Assembly: GCA_051294375.1 (NCBI GenBank)
Contig: CM119264.1
Coordinates: 15,338,196-15,402,195 of the forward strand
Reading direction: 5' to 3'
DNA: 64,000 nt
Origin: Paraspadella gotoi
Lineage: Eukaryota > Animalia > Chaetognatha
The position numbers and the translations under genes are program-made. Under the pieces are notes generated by a model. The model saw only the letters and a list, made by a program, of their open reading frames with translations. It was not told the origin of the DNA and did no database searches. Shown here piece after piece: positions 61,894 through 64,000 of this stretch (the first letter of the stretch is position 1; the number at the start of each line of letters is the position of its first letter).

Positions 61894-64000
61894 TGAAAGA
61901 ACCCCCCTCCCGACGCTAGCGGAGAGGGAGAGACGTCGGGAGAGAAACTGGACTAAAGACCGGGACGCGCTGGCGCCGTAAAGTTTATAAATTTCTTATC
62001 CACTTGAGTCTTGATATTTAATGGTACCTTAATAAATAATAATCAAAGCATATAGATATTCATACAATAATCAATGAAATACTAACTAATTAATCAAAGA
62101 AGCAATAGTAAATAAAAAATAAATCCACAAGAATCCACTAAGCGTCCATTAAGGTCACAAATGTTTATTATTTTAGAGAAGAGTCCCGTTTCAGAGGCAA
62201 ATCTGGAATGACCGCAAAAAGAGAGAAAGAGACGAATGTCGATATCTCCTATATTAAAAGAGCATCTGAGTTAGGTCGTCTGGACTTTACAGCTCCTCCC
62301 TTATCCACCAAGATCCTGTCCTCAGGATACGCTCCGGACTCTGCTGAACCTTCCATGAAACTCTCATCTGGATCTTTCATTCACTGATCGGATTCATCTT
62401 GTAGAAATGCTCTGTGCCACGCGGGACTTAAAATATTTATGTATATTATTCTGTTAAATTGATGGCTAGGATAACATATAGGACTCTCACAAAATCCGCT
62501 CTTGTCCGCGCAAACCCTGAATGTATCAAAAATCTTGGAGAAAGATATTATTCAAACAGCCATCCCAGGAATGGGCGCTGGCTTCCAACGTGTTTAATAA
62601 AACATCCAAAAGTACATTTAGCATCGAAATGAAAAAGTAGGATCTCCGGAGAAAGAAAATAGTAAATTCAATACACTTTGAGTCACCATAGACATTGTGA
62701 ATTTGTAACAGATCTGATATCTTTTTATCGCTTTTGTTTAATTATTTTAATTACGCTAGAATTCATTTTTCCAACTGCATGAGGCCATGAGGCAATCGTC
62801 GAGGGCATATACTGTGCCGTTACAGCACGGACTCTCACCATGACAGTGAGGTGAATACGGACCTCTTCGACCCCCTTGCTGGCCTTTTTTTTTTCTATGG
62901 ATCTGTGGTTTCATGAGCATGAATTTGTAAACATTCAAGAATTAAAAAACGATAAGAATAACTTGTGATATTTTTGTCTAATTTTTGTTTGGTTTTTTCT
63001 TTTGTTGTTTATTTTGAGTGCACTCTTTGTTTACAATAAAATTATATTACCTAGGAGTAGGTAAGGAATNNNNNNNNNNNNNNNNNNNNNNNNNGAATCA
63101 TCTTTTCTCTAACTTTTAAAATAAACTTCCAAGACATCCAAATGGTTGTAAAAACAGATTTAACATCTAAGTTTTTTATCTAGTTTTTCCGCGAATTCCG
63201 GTTTGAGAAAATGAAAATTATCTTTTCGATAGAACTTGAAATAAAAGTGCCAATTCGGGCGAACTTCCCACTTGAATTCGTTCATTAGGAGCTACTCTTA
63301 GCTTGTGAGTGGCAAGAAACGGCATTAACTGGTCTGGGGTGAGCAGGGCACGACAACAGAAGATGGGCCCTTCCCTCTGCTGCTCTTGGGTTGCCTCTCC
63401 GATGTTTGTAAGGAAGTGGAGGAAAGACGGTAGAAGGCATTAGAGAAATTAGTGCGCTATCCCCGCGTGACATCGCTCTTTTACCTAAAATCCGCAGATC
63501 CCGACGATTCCAGTGTCGAGTTTTTCTGACTTTTAAAAGTTTCTTTCCCGCGTGATTTCCGAATTCTTCCGCGCCGTTTGAAGACGTGTTCCAGGCCGTA
63601 GATGCACCAGATGAAAGAACCCCCCTCCTCGACCTAGCGGAGAGGGAGAAGACGTCGGAGAGAAAACTGGACTGAAACCGGGACCGCTGGCGCCGTAAAG
63701 TTTATAATAAGTTTCTTATCCACTTGGAGTCTTGATATTTAATGGTACCTTAATAAATAATCAAAGCATATAGATATCATACAGACAATAAATCAATGAA
63801 TACTAACTAATAATAAAAGAAGCAATAGTAAATAAACAAATCCACAAAGAATCCACTAAGCCGTCCACAAATGTTTATTATTTTAGAGAAGAGTCCCGTT
63901 TCAGAGCAAATCTGGAATGACCGCAAAAGAGAGAAAGAGACGAAGTCGATATCTCCTTATATAAAAGAGGCATCTGAGTTGAGATCGTCTGGACTTTACA
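61894..64000 (-). mobile_element. Complete non-autonomous LTR retrotransposon (TRIM/LARD-like)
   Basis: Two ~390-400 bp LTRs (63612-64000 and 61894-62291), TGTAAAG...CTTTCA on the minus strand. PBS TGGTGCAT 2 nt after the 5' LTR; PPT AAGGGAGGAGC before the 3' LTR; no gag/pol ORF seen. It interrupts the hAT-like copy starting at 60890. Confidence 0.88.

Overview
Eukaryotic (animal-like, very AT-rich, TTAGGG-type telomere motifs) genomic DNA with spliceosomal introns and three assembly gaps. Two divergent intron-rich genes can be rebuilt exon by exon: the 5' part of IGHMBP2/SMUBP-2 helicase (minus strand, 7 exons, 17873 down to 3588, running off the left edge) and the 5' part of a RASGEF1-family gene (plus strand, 6 exons, 37528-58730, running off the right edge). 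Most of the rest is nested mobile DNA: Helentron/DINE-1-like non-autonomous elements, hAT-like, Kolobok-like and Merlin-like MITEs with readable TSDs, decayed CRE-clade RLE non-LTR retrotransposons and a complete non-autonomous LTR element. The main discovery candidate is a set of circularly permuted (type-P5) twister ribozymes: 4 full motifs plus partial ones, in sequence-divergent repeat contexts, at least two directly behind tRNA-derived heads. They covary at both pseudoknots. In all of them P1 is replaced by a loop-less self-complementary 6-8-mer, which suggests dimer-dependent cleavage. A minimal hammerhead with the same palindromic-stem design and several TIR families carrying telomere-like arrays (including a 2.3-kb palindrome) are also present. 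All structures were read by eye; activity and novelty are untested.
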